A stretch of 64,000 nt of DNA, taken from the NCBI GenBank assembly GCA_903893815.1, contig CAITNS010000053.1:129826-193825 (forward strand). The letters run 5' to 3'. Shown here in pieces: positions 41,142 through 50,287 of this stretch (its first letter is position 1; every line of letters starts with the position of its first letter). This stretch comes from an uncultured Bacteroidota bacterium. GTDB taxonomy: Bacteria; Bacteroidota; Bacteroidia; B-17B0; Aurantibacillaceae. The position numbers were made by a program, and so were the translations under genes. Under the pieces are notes generated by a model. The model saw nothing but the letters and a program-made list of their open reading frames with translations, was not told the origin of the DNA and ran no database searches.

Positions 41142-42331
41142 TTAGTTTCCTCTAGTCTGTCCTGCTTAGATGCCTTTTTAGAACCACTATACATTTCGTA
41201 TTTCAACAATTTACATTCTAAAGAAGCATTAAACAAAGTCATTTTTTTACTTGGATGTAAACCAATAGATTTTATAGCTTCCATATTGGAAGAAATAATC
41301 CAACAAGTCCAACCTCCAAAATCTTTTTTTAACTTGTCTCCGATTTGCTTATAAAAAGCGTTGGTATCTTCCATTTTAATACGTTCATCATAAGGAGGAT
41401 TCAATAAAATAGTGCCGTGTGGTTTAGTTGGCATTAAATCAAAAAAAGAAATATGTTCGTATTGAATTACATCATCTACTTTGGCTACAGCTCCGTTACG
41501 CTTAGCCATTTCTAGCGGCACAATATCAATATCGCTAGAGATAATATTAGGCATATCATCCTTAATTCGATTAATTGTACTTTCATAAATTGTATCCCAC
41601 AACTCTTTATCATAGTCGTGCCATTTCATAAAACCAAACTCTTCTCTAAAAACTCCTGGAGGAATATTATTAGCAAATAAAGCTGCTTCAATTCCTAATG
41701 TTCCGCTACCGCACATACCATCAATTAATGGTAAATGTGGTTGCCAATTAGATAACAATACCATTCCTGCTGCCAACACTTCTTTCATTGGCGCGGTATC
41801 AATGTCAACACGGTAACCTCTTTTAAATAAAGAATCTCCGCTACTATCCAAACTCACATTAACTTGATTTCTAAAAATGTGAACATATATTCTAACGGTT
41901 GGCCTATCCAAATCAACATTGGGTCTTACGTCAAATTTATCTACAAATCGATCACAAATTGCATCTTTTGTTTTTTGAGAAACATACAAAGAGTGATTAA
42001 ATTCATCTGAATTAACAGTTGCATTAATCGCCAACGTATCATCCGTATTCAACAATTCTTCCCACTCATATTCCTTCATTTTAGCATACAGTTCATGTTC
42101 ATTATTTGCTGTAAAAGAATAAATAGGAACCAATACTTTTAAAGCTGTACGTAAACACAAATTAGCCTTGTACATAAAGCCTTTATCTCCTGTAAAAGAA
42201 ACGCCTCGTTTAAACGGAACAATATCGCGTGCTCCCAACTTCATCAATTCATTTACTAATACATCTTCTAAACCATGAAAAGTCGTGGCTTTCATTTCAA
42301 AATCGTGTTCGGTATTTTTTTTATCTTTCAA
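41138..42331 (-). CDS. THUMP domain-containing class I SAM-dependent RNA methyltransferase
   Basis: The N-terminal THUMP-like region and the methyltransferase motifs DGMCGSGT and LNPPYDERI are typical of the RlmL/UPF0020 group. Confidence 0.8.
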   Translation of the reverse strand: MKDKKNTEHDFEMKATTFHGLEDVLVNELMKLGARDIVPFKRGVSFTGDKGFMYKANLCLRTALKVLVPIYSFTANNEHELYAKMKEYEWEELLNTDDTLAINATVNSDEFNHSLYVSQKTKDAICDRFVDKFDVRPNVDLDRPTVRIYVHIFRNQVNVSLDSSGDSLFKRGYRVDIDTAPMKEVLAAGMVLLSNWQPHLPLIDGMCGSGTLGIEAALFANNIPPGVFREEFGFMKWHDYDKELWDTIYESTINRIKDDMPNIISSDIDIVPLEMAKRNGAVAKVDDVIQYEHISFFDLMPTKPHGTILLNPPYDERIKMEDTNAFYKQIGDKLKKDFGGWTCWIISSNMEAIKSIGLHPSKKMTLFNASLECKLLKYEMYSGSKKASKQDRLEETN

Positions 42332-42391
42332 TTGTTGTGAATTTATAGTAAGGAATTTATTTTTATTGTTGTTTAACTTTCAGTATAATTA

Positions 42392-42416
42392 AGGCTTCGA
42401 CTCCGCTCAGCCTGAC
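42392..42416. repeat. short GC-rich palindromic element (REP-like), single copy in window
   Basis: AGGCTtcgactccgctcAGCCTgac stands out as a GC-rich island in an AT-rich spacer. It resembles interspersed palindromic units I recall from Bacteroidota intergenic regions, which I cannot verify here. Confidence 0.25.
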
Positions 42417-42427
42417 AACACATGTAT

Positions 42428-43189
42428 TTATTTTTTATTAACGGCATTAAATACTTCTTTCATAAAACCAGAAGCAAATACGAAATCAACTAATTCGGGA
42501 TTTGTTGTTTTTAAAATATCTTGGCTATTGCCTGTCCACCATGGCTTACCTTTATAGATGTATAGAATTTTTTCCCCAATTTCCACCACCGAATTCATAT
42601 CGTGGGTAATCACAATCGTTGTAATATTAAATTCGTGCGTTAAGCTTTGAATTAAATTATCAATGACGATGGATGTTTTGGGATCTAAACCAGAGTTTGG
42701 TTCATCACAAAATAAATACTGCGGGTTATTAGCAATAGCTCTTGCTAAAGCCGCACGCTTTTTCATACCACCAGATAATTCGCCAGGATATAAACTATTA
42801 CGATTGGTTAATTGTACTTTATCCAAACAAAAATTCACACGATCCAACTTCTCTTCCTTAGTCATGGCGGTAAACATATCTAAAGGGAAACGTACATTTT
42901 CTTCTAAGGTTTGTGAATCAAATAAAGCGCCGCCTTGAAAAAGCATGCCGATTTTTTTTCGCACTTCTTGTTTTTCTTTAACGCCTAATGTTGGAAAATT
43001 TTCTCCATCATATAAAACTTCGCCGCTATCCACTTCATGCAAACCAACCATTAGTTTCATGACGGTTGTTTTTCCGCTACCACTTTCTCCAATAATTAAA
43101 TTGGTTTTACCTTTATCAAAAGTAAAAGAAACATCGTCAATGACTTTTCTATCGCCAAAGCTTTTAGATATGTTTTTAATTTCGATCAT
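42428..43189 (-). CDS. mlaF: ABC transporter ATP-binding protein, MlaF-like
   Basis: Walker A GESGSGKTT, signature LSGGMKKR, Walker B LFCDEP. It overlaps the upstream MlaE-like permease by 4 nt. Confidence 0.8.
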   Translation of the reverse strand: MIEIKNISKSFGDRKVIDDVSFTFDKGKTNLIIGESGSGKTTVMKLMVGLHEVDSGEVLYDGENFPTLGVKEKQEVRKKIGMLFQGGALFDSQTLEENVRFPLDMFTAMTKEEKLDRVNFCLDKVQLTNRNSLYPGELSGGMKKRAALARAIANNPQYLFCDEPNSGLDPKTSIVIDNLIQSLTHEFNITTIVITHDMNSVVEIGEKILYIYKGKPWWTGNSQDILKTTNPELVDFVFASGFMKEVFNAVNKK

Positions 43190-43926
43190 GTTAAAAATAA
43201 TTGTGTTAACAAGAAATTAAAAATCAAAATTAAGATGCTGCTGTACACAACTGCTGCTGTACTGCTTTTACCAACTTCTAAAGCTCCACCGTGTGTATAA
43301 TAACCAAAATAAGAAGAAATAGATGTGATTAAAAAAGCAAATGTTATAACCTTCGTAAAGGAGTAATATAACTTCCATGGCTCAAAAAACGCTTGAATTC
43401 CAAAAATGTATTCGTAAGATGAACAAGCTCCTGTTGCAATTCCCATAACGTATCCTCCAAAAATCCCTAAAAACATACTTATAGCAATTAAAAAAGGCAT
43501 AATCAACATACCAGCTGCAATTTTAGGAAGTATTAAATAACCTGCCGAATTAATTCCCATAATTTCTAAGGCATCAATTTGCTCGGTAATACGCATAGAG
43601 CCAATTTCGGAAGCAATATTAGAGCCTATTTTTCCAGCTAAAATTAAACATACAATGGTTGGTGAAAACTCTAACAACATAGATTCACGGGCTGTATAAC
43701 CCACAGCATATAAAGGAACCAAAGGACTCGTAAAACCAAAAGCAGATTGTATAGTAATTACACCTCCCATAAAAAAAGAAATGATGGCAATAATAGGCAA
43801 AGAACTAATTCCAATATTATCAATTTCATGAATAATTTGCCTCATATATACCGATAGTTTTTCTGGCTTACTAAACACACGTTTAATAAGAATAAAATAT
43901 CTACCTAAATGAAAAAATAAGTTCAT
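43186..43926 (-). CDS. mlaE: ABC transporter permease, MlaE-like
   Basis: The five-helix permease with TEQIDALEIMGIN motif is characteristic of the MlaE/Ttg2B family. Confidence 0.8.
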   Translation of the reverse strand: MNLFFHLGRYFILIKRVFSKPEKLSVYMRQIIHEIDNIGISSLPIIAIISFFMGGVITIQSAFGFTSPLVPLYAVGYTARESMLLEFSPTIVCLILAGKIGSNIASEIGSMRITEQIDALEIMGINSAGYLILPKIAAGMLIMPFLIAISMFLGIFGGYVMGIATGACSSYEYIFGIQAFFEPWKLYYSFTKVITFAFLITSISSYFGYYTHGGALEVGKSSTAAVVYSSILILIFNFLLTQLFLT

Positions 43927-43963
43927 AATTTTGAAGGGCTAATATACGACTAAGGCTTGTAAA

Positions 43964-43997
43964 TAAAAAACGCCATCCGAATAAGGGATAGCGTTTT
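43964..43997 (-). terminator. intrinsic terminator after the universal stress protein gene
   Basis: On the minus strand, AAAACGCTATCC-loop-GGATGGCGTTTT (one mismatch) is followed by a T-run, 20 nt downstream of the stop at 44017. Confidence 0.5.
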
Positions 43998-44016
43998 CTG
44001 ATTTTAAAATTAAATA

Positions 44017-44844
44017 TTATAAGCCTGTACCAAAATGAGTCATACTTTCTTTTTTAGAAGGATTAATCGTCATTACTGGCAAATTACTAATATCAACTAC
44101 TTTTTGAGCTTCAGTACCACTAAAAACCTCTTTAATGCTTAAAGTAGGTTTGTTCATAATCACAATTAAATCCGACTCAATTTTATTTGCATACTCCACA
44201 ATGGTATCTGCTACGCTATCGCTAGCTAATGATTTATTTGAGCAAGAAATACCTTTGCCTTTGATATATTGTTTTACTTGGTGAGAATACGCTAATAATT
44301 GATTCTCATAAGCTGCATCAGATAAACTAAATACTCCCAAAATACGAATTGAGGCTCCAAAATAGTGAGCAAATTGGACTGCTACATCTACTTTTTCACG
44401 AGATTCGCGAGATAAATCCAATGGTAATAAGATGTTCTCACAACCATCTTTGTGATCTTTTCCTCTAATAGAAATAACAGGGCAAGAACACTCTCTAATC
44501 ATTTTAGAAGCACTGGCTCCAACAATGTTTTTGGTGCTCATGTGGCTTTCTAAACCAACAATTACTAAAGTTGCCGTTATTTCATCTGCCACTCTAGGTA
44601 CTTCGCTATAAATATTGCCCTTTACATTCATAAACTCAGTAGGAACGCCACTTTCAGTTTCTGTTTGCTTAGTTAAGACCTTTAATTCATCATATTTTTC
44701 TTCTCCAACTTTTTCGTATGTGTGAAGTAACACAATTTTAGAGTGTGTGTACTTAGCCAAGTTGTAAGCCTGTTTGATGGCTAAAAGCGACTGTTCAGTG
44801 AAATCAATAGGAATTAATAAGGTGCCACGCTCTTGTAACTTCAT
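44017..44844 (-). CDS. universal stress protein (tandem Usp domains)
   Basis: Two Usp-like halves, each ending in a G-x2-G-x9-G(S/T)-like nucleotide motif (IVGLESHMSTKNIVGASASKM and KPTLSIKEVFSGTEAQKV). Confidence 0.75.
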   Translation of the reverse strand: MKLQERGTLLIPIDFTEQSLLAIKQAYNLAKYTHSKIVLLHTYEKVGEEKYDELKVLTKQTETESGVPTEFMNVKGNIYSEVPRVADEITATLVIVGLESHMSTKNIVGASASKMIRECSCPVISIRGKDHKDGCENILLPLDLSRESREKVDVAVQFAHYFGASIRILGVFSLSDAAYENQLLAYSHQVKQYIKGKGISCSNKSLASDSVADTIVEYANKIESDLIVIMNKPTLSIKEVFSGTEAQKVVDISNLPVMTINPSKKESMTHFGTGL

Positions 44845-44997
44845 ATAAAAAGGTTTTAAGTTTAAAAATTTAACGTATAACTTACAAAATTAGTCAAATT
44901 AATGATATTTAATGCTTTATAAAAATAATTTTCAAGAATAGAGTGTTAATTAAATAAAATTGCCGATATTTGCAGCCCAAACTTAAAAAATAATAAA

Positions 44998-45534
44998 ATG
45001 GCAGTAAAGATTAGACTACAAAGACACGGTAAGAAAGACGCAGCGTTTTTCCACGTGGTAGCAGCGGATGGTCGTGCACCAAGAGATGGAGCTTTTATAG
45101 AAAAATTAGGAACTTACAATCCTAATACGAACCCAGCAACTATTGATTTAAATTTCGAAAATACCTTAAAATGGTTACAAAACGGTGCTGTACCAACAGA
45201 TACTTGTAAAGCTATTTTATCTTACAAAGGTATTTTAATGAAAAAACACTTATTAGATGGTGTTAAAAAAGGTGCGTTAACTGAAGCGCAAGTTGAAGAG
45301 CGTTTTGCTAAATGGTTAGACCAAAAATCTAGCAAAATCAGCATTAAAAAAGATGATTTATCTGCAGCAGGTAAAAAAGCAGTTGCTGATAAATTTAAAG
45401 CAGAAACTGCATCTAAAGATGCTAGAGCAGCTAAAATTGCAGCTAAAACAGCAGTGGTTGAAGAAACTCCAGCAGTTGAAGAAACAGCAGCTCCTGAAAC
45501 TGATGCTCCTGCAGCAGAAAACACAGAAGCATAG
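44998..45534 (+). CDS. rpsP: 30S ribosomal protein S16 with A/E/K-rich C-terminal extension
   Basis: [13 protein letters not shown] start and a conserved S16 core. The low-complexity tail is common in Bacteroidota S16. Confidence 0.93.
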   Translation: MAVKIRLQRHGKKDAAFFHVVAADGRAPRDGAFIEKLGTYNPNTNPATIDLNFENTLKWLQNGAVPTDTCKAILSYKGILMKKHLLDGVKKGALTEAQVEERFAKWLDQKSSKISIKKDDLSAAGKKAVADKFKAETASKDARAAKIAAKTAVVEETPAVEETAAPETDAPAAENTEA

Positions 45535-45552
45535 TTTTAAATTAAATACAAC

Positions 45553-45590
45553 AAAAAGCCCGATATGGAATCCATATCGGGCTTTTTGTT
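45553..45590. terminator. bidirectional intrinsic terminator between rpsP and the convergent lipoprotein gene
   Basis: Arms AGCCCGATATGG (45557-45568) and CCATATCGGGCT (45572-45583) are flanked by AAAAA upstream and TTTTTGTTT downstream. This gives a U-tract on both strands. Confidence 0.8.
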
Positions 45591-45654
45591 TCTCTAATAT
45601 TTAGTATTTTACTACAACTAACTTTTTAGACATTAAGTTTTTGCCTTAGCCATA

Positions 45655-46386
45655 TTATTGTATCACATTATATCTTCTTAATAACCAAACTTTATTACTA
45701 TCTATATCTATTCGTTTTATTATACCCGTGTTTTTGGATATATAGTTTTTATATTTATATTTTAAATAATTGGTCGTTAAGCCTCCTTCATAGTAATTCT
45801 CAAATACAGCTACATTATTAAAGGTAAATGTATTTACTGTCATCGAGTTAATTTCTCCTTTAGAAGTACACTTCTCCATGTAACCATAGCCACCACCCTC
45901 AACTCCATTTGTAAAATTATTAAAAATGTGTGTATATGCTCCAAAATAAATTCCTGATATTACGCTTCCGTTCGTATCAAGTTTTGATGGTCTGTTCCAA
46001 TGAGCTTTACAAAAATACCTGCTATTACAACATTTAGCAGTCTGCGCTGCATCTTCATCATGTATTTCATATTGCCTACTATCACCAATACTATTTTTGG
46101 TAAACATATTATAGTAATTAAATGTACCAGTATAGTCTTTTCCAGCATTAGCATCGATATTGTAACTTACAACTTGGGCGCTAGTTACATAAGTGCAGTC
46201 AATGTCGCCAGAAATGCTATCTTGGTAAACCCAATAAGACCCCTGCTTAAAATAACAATAATCGGCAAGATTTATAGGTGGCGTATAAACACCATAATCC
46301 GTAACAGGTTCTTTACTTTTTTCTTTACATTTTTGGCAGCCTGTTAAACAAATACTAATAAATAGTACATAAGCTATCTTTTTCAT
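45655..46386 (-). CDS. hypothetical lipoprotein, paralog 1
   Basis: Lipobox MKKIAYVLFISICLTGC. The likely start is 46386 (or 46392), not 46419. It shares YFKxGxYWVYQDSISG and a C-terminal DSNxxWxLxRYNxIQ with 46996..47673. Confidence 0.7.
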   Translation of the reverse strand: MKKIAYVLFISICLTGCQKCKEKSKEPVTDYGVYTPPINLADYCYFKQGSYWVYQDSISGDIDCTYVTSAQVVSYNIDANAGKDYTGTFNYYNMFTKNSIGDSRQYEIHDEDAAQTAKCCNSRYFCKAHWNRPSKLDTNGSVISGIYFGAYTHIFNNFTNGVEGGGYGYMEKCTSKGEINSMTVNTFTFNNVAVFENYYEGGLTTNYLKYKYKNYISKNTGIIKRIDIDSNKVWLLRRYNVIQ

Positions 46387-46456
46387 AGGCATAAATTTTA
46401 TGTTATTTAAAGGTAGCATATTTTGTTTTATGACGCAAAACTAGATTGGATGAATT

Positions 46457-46488
46457 AATTTGCCAACAGCAAATTTGAGATAGTCTCA
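46457..46488 (-). promoter_or_regulatory. two adjacent palindromes in the conserved leader (candidate operator or RNA hairpins)
   Basis: AATTTGCcaacaGCAAATT (46457-46475) is immediately followed by TGAGAtagTCTCA (46476-88). The same sequence recurs at 47744-47775. Confidence 0.3.
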
Positions 46489-46521
46489 CATTTAAGAAAT
46501 AATTAAAAAGATAACAATTTG

Positions 46522-46529
46522 CAAATATA
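46522..46529 (-). promoter_or_regulatory. candidate Bacteroidota -7 promoter box TAtaTTTG for lipoprotein paralog 1
   Basis: The minus strand reads TATATTTG, a perfect match to the TAnnTTTG consensus, about 135 nt upstream of the start. No convincing -33 TTTG at proper spacing. The equivalent site in copy 2 reads GATATTTA. Confidence 0.3.
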
Positions 46530-46615
46530 TAAAGTCTCTCAACTGCCTTACGGATATTGAAATCTTCAAATTCTACAAATAAATTCCAGTAAAATATTTA
46601 ATCGTATCATAACAA

Positions 46616-46810
46616 TTATAGAACAAAGAAATAGCTTAGTTTGAAATCTACGAAAGACTGATAGGTAAAAAAATAACGGCGGAAGCGTTCGCGCATTGTC
46701 CAGTATTTTAAATTTAATTGTTCTTCGGTGTTTTGTGCGCTGCAGATAGTTGTTTCGCTGAGTATCAAGGCTACGCCAAGCACTACTTTTTTAAGTAGAT
46801 GTAAATTCAT
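46616..46810 (-). other. 64-codon ORF, probable 5' gene remnant fused to repeat sequence
   Basis: The N-terminal 35-40 aa look like a genuine signal peptide (MNLHLLKKVVLGVALILSETTICSAQ). The rest is encoded by the distal part of repeat copy 1 and is low-complexity. Confidence 0.25.
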
Positions 46811-46995
46811 GTTCTTTTGTTTTGATTAATTTATGATTATGCTATAAGTGAATGTGTTTCTAAGTAATTACTTTGATTCGATTCTAACGCTATTAATTAA
46901 TATCTATTTGATGGTGTTTAATTGTTTCATTTCATAAAAAACTATTACTCATTTTTTAAATTCATATATCACATTACACTATTCATATTAAACAT

Positions 46996-47673
46996 TTACT
47001 GAATAATATTATAACGTATTAAATTCCAAGTTCGGTTGCTATCTAACTGTTCTCGTCTAACAATGCCAATATTTTTTGCTATATAATAATTTGTATTCTG
47101 TTCGTCATCAATAATACTTTTACTATTAAACCATTTTTGTGTTGAAGAAAAATTATTTGTTAATACAGGGAAATTAGGGTAATTTTTTTCAAAAACAACT
47201 TTATCTGGATAGATATACAATTCTTTTCCAGTTGAAACTGTAGCTATATGAATTGTATTACCAGAATTATAACCACTGCCTGGCATTTGAAATTTTTCTC
47301 TAAAAACTCTAGGTATATTATTATTAACCTCAAAACTTTGATCCATCCAATTTTCGTATTTGTAATGATCATAACTACTAATAGCATCACATTTAAACCA
47401 AATAAATGTACCACGGTAATAGCCTTGGGCAACTTCCGCATCGCCATTAGTATAAGTGCCTTTATTGGCATATATAACATAAACACTATCTAAAATGCCA
47501 CTAATACTATCTTGATATACCCAATATGTACCCGCTTTAAAATAACCATAAGCATATAGATCTGTATTAACGGGAGCACTGAATCCTTGGTCTGGCTCAG
47601 GAGTTTTTTTCTTGCACTTTTGGCAGCCTGTAAGGCAAATACTAATAATCAGTACATAAGCTATCTTTTTCAT
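46996..47673 (-). CDS. hypothetical lipoprotein, paralog 2
   Basis: Lipobox MKKIAYVLIISICLTGC with likely start at 47673. It is a paralog of 45655..46386. Confidence 0.7.
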   Translation of the reverse strand: MKKIAYVLIISICLTGCQKCKKKTPEPDQGFSAPVNTDLYAYGYFKAGTYWVYQDSISGILDSVYVIYANKGTYTNGDAEVAQGYYRGTFIWFKCDAISSYDHYKYENWMDQSFEVNNNIPRVFREKFQMPGSGYNSGNTIHIATVSTGKELYIYPDKVVFEKNYPNFPVLTNNFSSTQKWFNSKSIIDDEQNTNYYIAKNIGIVRREQLDSNRTWNLIRYNIIQ

Positions 47674-47968
47674 AGGCATAAATTTTATGTTATTTAAAGA
47701 TAGCATATTTTGTTTTATGACGCAAAACTAGATTGGATGAATTAATTTGCCAACAGCAAATTTGAGATAGTCTCACATTTAAGAAATAATTAAAAAGATA
47801 ACAATTTGTAAATATCTAGATTCACTCAACTGCCCTAATTATATTGAGATCTTAAATTCTACATAAAAATTCAAGCTGAAAATAATTAATGGTATCGTAA
47901 CAATTATGGAACAGAGAAATAGCTTAGTTCTCCATCTTCAGAAGACCGGTAGGTAAAAAATAGCGTAA
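47608..47968. repeat. direct repeat copy 2 (signal-peptide coding region + leader + upstream region)
   Basis: See copy 1. The homology ends a few nt before the stop of the TPR gene at 47979. Confidence 0.85.
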
Positions 47969-47978
47969 TTTTACTAAA

Positions 47979-49007
47979 CTACTTTCCTAAAGAGTTCAGT
48001 CCTTCCACCGCTGGCTCATAGTTTGGTTTTAACTGCAAACACATTTGATAATCAGCAGAGGCATTACTATTATCTTTCATCTCTTGGTAACATGCTCCTC
48101 TTGCAAAATAAGCTTCCGCATATTTAGGATTAGCATTAATGGCACGAGTAAAATAATCCATCGCTACTTGAGGATTATGATTGATCCCAAATTCGATGGC
48201 GCCTAAATTATAAATAGAAAAAATGTGATTTGGGTCTATTTTCAGAATTTGATTATACATTACAACAGCTTCTTTAATCTGATTTATGTCCTGCATTAAT
48301 TTTGCTTTAGCATATAAGGCTTCTGTATTTGAAGGGTTAATAGAAATCGCATTATTATAATATTCAAAAGCTAGAGCATTTTTTTTAGCTCCATAAATTA
48401 ACCCTAATGCTAAAAAAGCGCCATAGTTTTTATTATCTTGTTCAATAGCTGTTTCTAAACTCGAAATAGCTTTTCCTGTATCTCCAACTTCTTTATAAAT
48501 ACTTCCCTTTAAATAATAACCCTTTGCTAAATTTTCATTTACTTTTAAAGCTTGATTTATTTTAGAAAATGCATTTTCATATTGCTTTACAAAGTAATAG
48601 AGCTCGCCTAATTTTAATAAACCATCTGTATTTTCAGGAAACTTCTTTACTACATTTTCTAGAACGTCTTTTGCATTTCGAGTTTCGTTAGCAGCAAAAA
48701 AAATGTCGGCTTCTGTTAAATAAAAAGCAGCGTTAGTCGTATCAATTCTTATCGAACGTTTTGCATCACTAATGGCATCTTCAAATTGTTTAAATTGTAA
48801 ATAAATTTTAGCACGCTCGTTGTATAAACTTGCATCATCCGGATTATCTAATATTTTTTTATTTATTGCCGCTAACTCAGGCGAATTAATAACCTTTAAA
48901 AGAGAGTCCGTTCTACGAGAATTTTCTTCAGTTTCACTTTCCCCTTTTGGTTTACAAGAAACAAATGCAATAATAATGACAGCAATAACTATTGATATTT
49001 TTTTCAT
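47979..49007 (-). CDS. tetratricopeptide repeat lipoprotein
   Basis: Lipobox-like AFVSC. Repeated 34-aa TPR units, for example AKGYYLKGSIYKEVGDTGKAISSLETAIEQDNKN. Confidence 0.85.
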   Translation of the reverse strand: MKKISIVIAVIIIAFVSCKPKGESETEENSRRTDSLLKVINSPELAAINKKILDNPDDASLYNERAKIYLQFKQFEDAISDAKRSIRIDTTNAAFYLTEADIFFAANETRNAKDVLENVVKKFPENTDGLLKLGELYYFVKQYENAFSKINQALKVNENLAKGYYLKGSIYKEVGDTGKAISSLETAIEQDNKNYGAFLALGLIYGAKKNALAFEYYNNAISINPSNTEALYAKAKLMQDINQIKEAVVMYNQILKIDPNHIFSIYNLGAIEFGINHNPQVAMDYFTRAINANPKYAEAYFARGACYQEMKDNSNASADYQMCLQLKPNYEPAVEGLNSLGK

Positions 49008-49015
49008 TTAGCTTT

Positions 49016-49804
49016 TTATAAATCGTTAGCTGAAGCAATTAATTCTGCCACATCTAATACTTTGGTTTTATCTTCTTTATTAAAATGTTTCACTCCATCT
49101 GTCATCATGGTATTACAAAACGGACAACCAACAGCAATCACATCCGGATTGTGAGATAAGGCTTCTTCGGCACGCTCAACATTTACTTCTTTTGCCCCTT
49201 TTTCTGCTTCTTTAAACATTTGTGCTCCACCAGCTCCACAACATAAACCATTGGCTTTACTACGTTTCATTTCCACTAACTCGGCGTCTAGTTTTTGAAT
49301 AACATCACGAGGTGCTTCATACACATTATTTGCTCTTCCTAAATAACAAGGATCGTGAAAAACAATTTTTTTACCTTTAAATTCACCGCCTTGTACTTTT
49401 AATTTTCCTTCGTTAATTAATTGTTGCACTAATTCGGTATGATGAATGACTTCGTATTTACCACCTAACTCAGGATACTCATTTTTAATCGTATTAAAGC
49501 AATGAGGACAAGCAGTAACTATTTTTTTAACATCATACCCATTTAAAATAGTGATGTTTTGCATAGCCTGCATTTGAAATAAAAATTCGTTACCAGAACG
49601 TTTTGCTGGATCGCCTGAACAAGATTCTTCAACACCTAGCACGGCGAAATTAGCACCTACATGATTTAAAATACGCACAATGGCTTTAGTAATTTTTTTT
49701 GCTCGATCATCAAAACTACCGCTGCAACCTACCCAAAATAAAATATCTGGAGTTTCGCCGTTGGCAATTTTTTCCTGCATTGTTGGAACCTTTATTGAAT
49801 TCAT
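49016..49804 (-). CDS. (Fe-S)-binding protein with two CCG cysteine-rich domains (heterodisulfide-reductase-B / GlpC / LutA-like)
   Basis: Motifs CPHCFNT, CCGAGG and GCPFCNTM. Confidence 0.8.
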   Translation of the reverse strand: MNSIKVPTMQEKIANGETPDILFWVGCSGSFDDRAKKITKAIVRILNHVGANFAVLGVEESCSGDPAKRSGNEFLFQMQAMQNITILNGYDVKKIVTACPHCFNTIKNEYPELGGKYEVIHHTELVQQLINEGKLKVQGGEFKGKKIVFHDPCYLGRANNVYEAPRDVIQKLDAELVEMKRSKANGLCCGAGGAQMFKEAEKGAKEVNVERAEEALSHNPDVIAVGCPFCNTMMTDGVKHFNKEDKTKVLDVAELIASANDL

Positions 49805-49808
49805 GTTC

Positions 49809-50108
49809 TTATTTTAATTTTAAAGATTTTGTAATTAATCTAGATGAATGATGTACTCGAAGAATATAAATTTTATGTTTTTTATTGGTATATATTATTC
49901 TGTAATTCCCTTCTATTAACTCTTTAATCGGTGTTTTATTTATTTCTGGAACAACTCTTCCTGCATTTGGAAACTCAATGAGTATTTTAACTCTTTCAAA
50001 AAACGACTCAATTGTTTTTCTTGCATATAATTCTGAATCTTTAGCAATATAATCGTGAATATCAATAGTATCACGAAATGCTAATTTTGTCCAGATTATT
50101 TCTTCCAT
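49809..50108 (-). CDS. type II toxin-antitoxin system RelE/ParE family toxin
   Basis: 99 aa. The pattern IDIHDYIAKDS...FPNAGRVVPE...ELIEGNYRIIYTNKKHKIYILRVHHSSR is typical of ParE/RelE-fold toxins. It overlaps the upstream small ORF by 13 nt. Confidence 0.8.
   Translation of the reverse strand: MEEIIWTKLAFRDTIDIHDYIAKDSELYARKTIESFFERVKILIEFPNAGRVVPEINKTPIKELIEGNYRIIYTNKKHKIYILRVHHSSRLITKSLKLK
49811..49821. repeat. 11-bp direct repeat ATTTTAATTTT, right-hand copy at TA cassette junction
   Basis: Identical 11-mer at 50288-50298. The two copies sit exactly at the two junctions of the TA pair with the flanking Fe-S genes. Confidence 0.4.
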
Positions 50109-50278
50109 TTCTTTTTGAAATATGATTCCACCTCCGAATTCAAAACAACCTGATTTGCATCAATTTGCGCCAACCCTTTTTCAACCTTATCAATCAAAAT
50201 TAATTTTTCCAAAAAATCATCAAGATTAACATTTTTACCCATCTCGTTTACAGCTTGAATAATTTTTTCTTTTTTCAT
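50096..50278 (-). CDS. putative antitoxin partner of the ParE/RelE toxin
   Basis: A small acidic/basic 60-aa ORF lies immediately upstream of and overlapping the toxin. ATG at 50278 (a TTG at 50287 is also possible). The family was not recognised; the call rests on position. Confidence 0.5.
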   Translation of the reverse strand: MKKEKIIQAVNEMGKNVNLDDFLEKLILIDKVEKGLAQIDANQVVLNSEVESYFKKKWKK

Positions 50279-50287
50279 TTTTTCCAA

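Larger units (their letters stand above)
46320..46695. repeat. direct repeat copy 1 (signal-peptide coding region + leader + upstream region of lipoprotein gene)
   Basis: It aligns with 47608-47968 at a constant offset of 1287 bp in the core. 46368-46521 vs 47655-47808 differ at a single position by eye; the distal part is roughly 80 percent similar. Confidence 0.85.

Noticed and set aside
44940-44997. Candidate promoter upstream of rpsP (GATATTTG about 30 nt before the ATG).
   Set aside because: It is only a partial match to TAnnTTTG, with no properly spaced -33 TTTG. Too weak to report as a feature.
45222-45604. ORFs 45222..45524 (-) and 45353..45604 (+) overlapping the 3' part of rpsP.
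   Set aside because: They arise from the repetitive GCA/GAA/AAA-rich sequence encoding the S16 A/E/K tail, which is open in several frames. No independent support.
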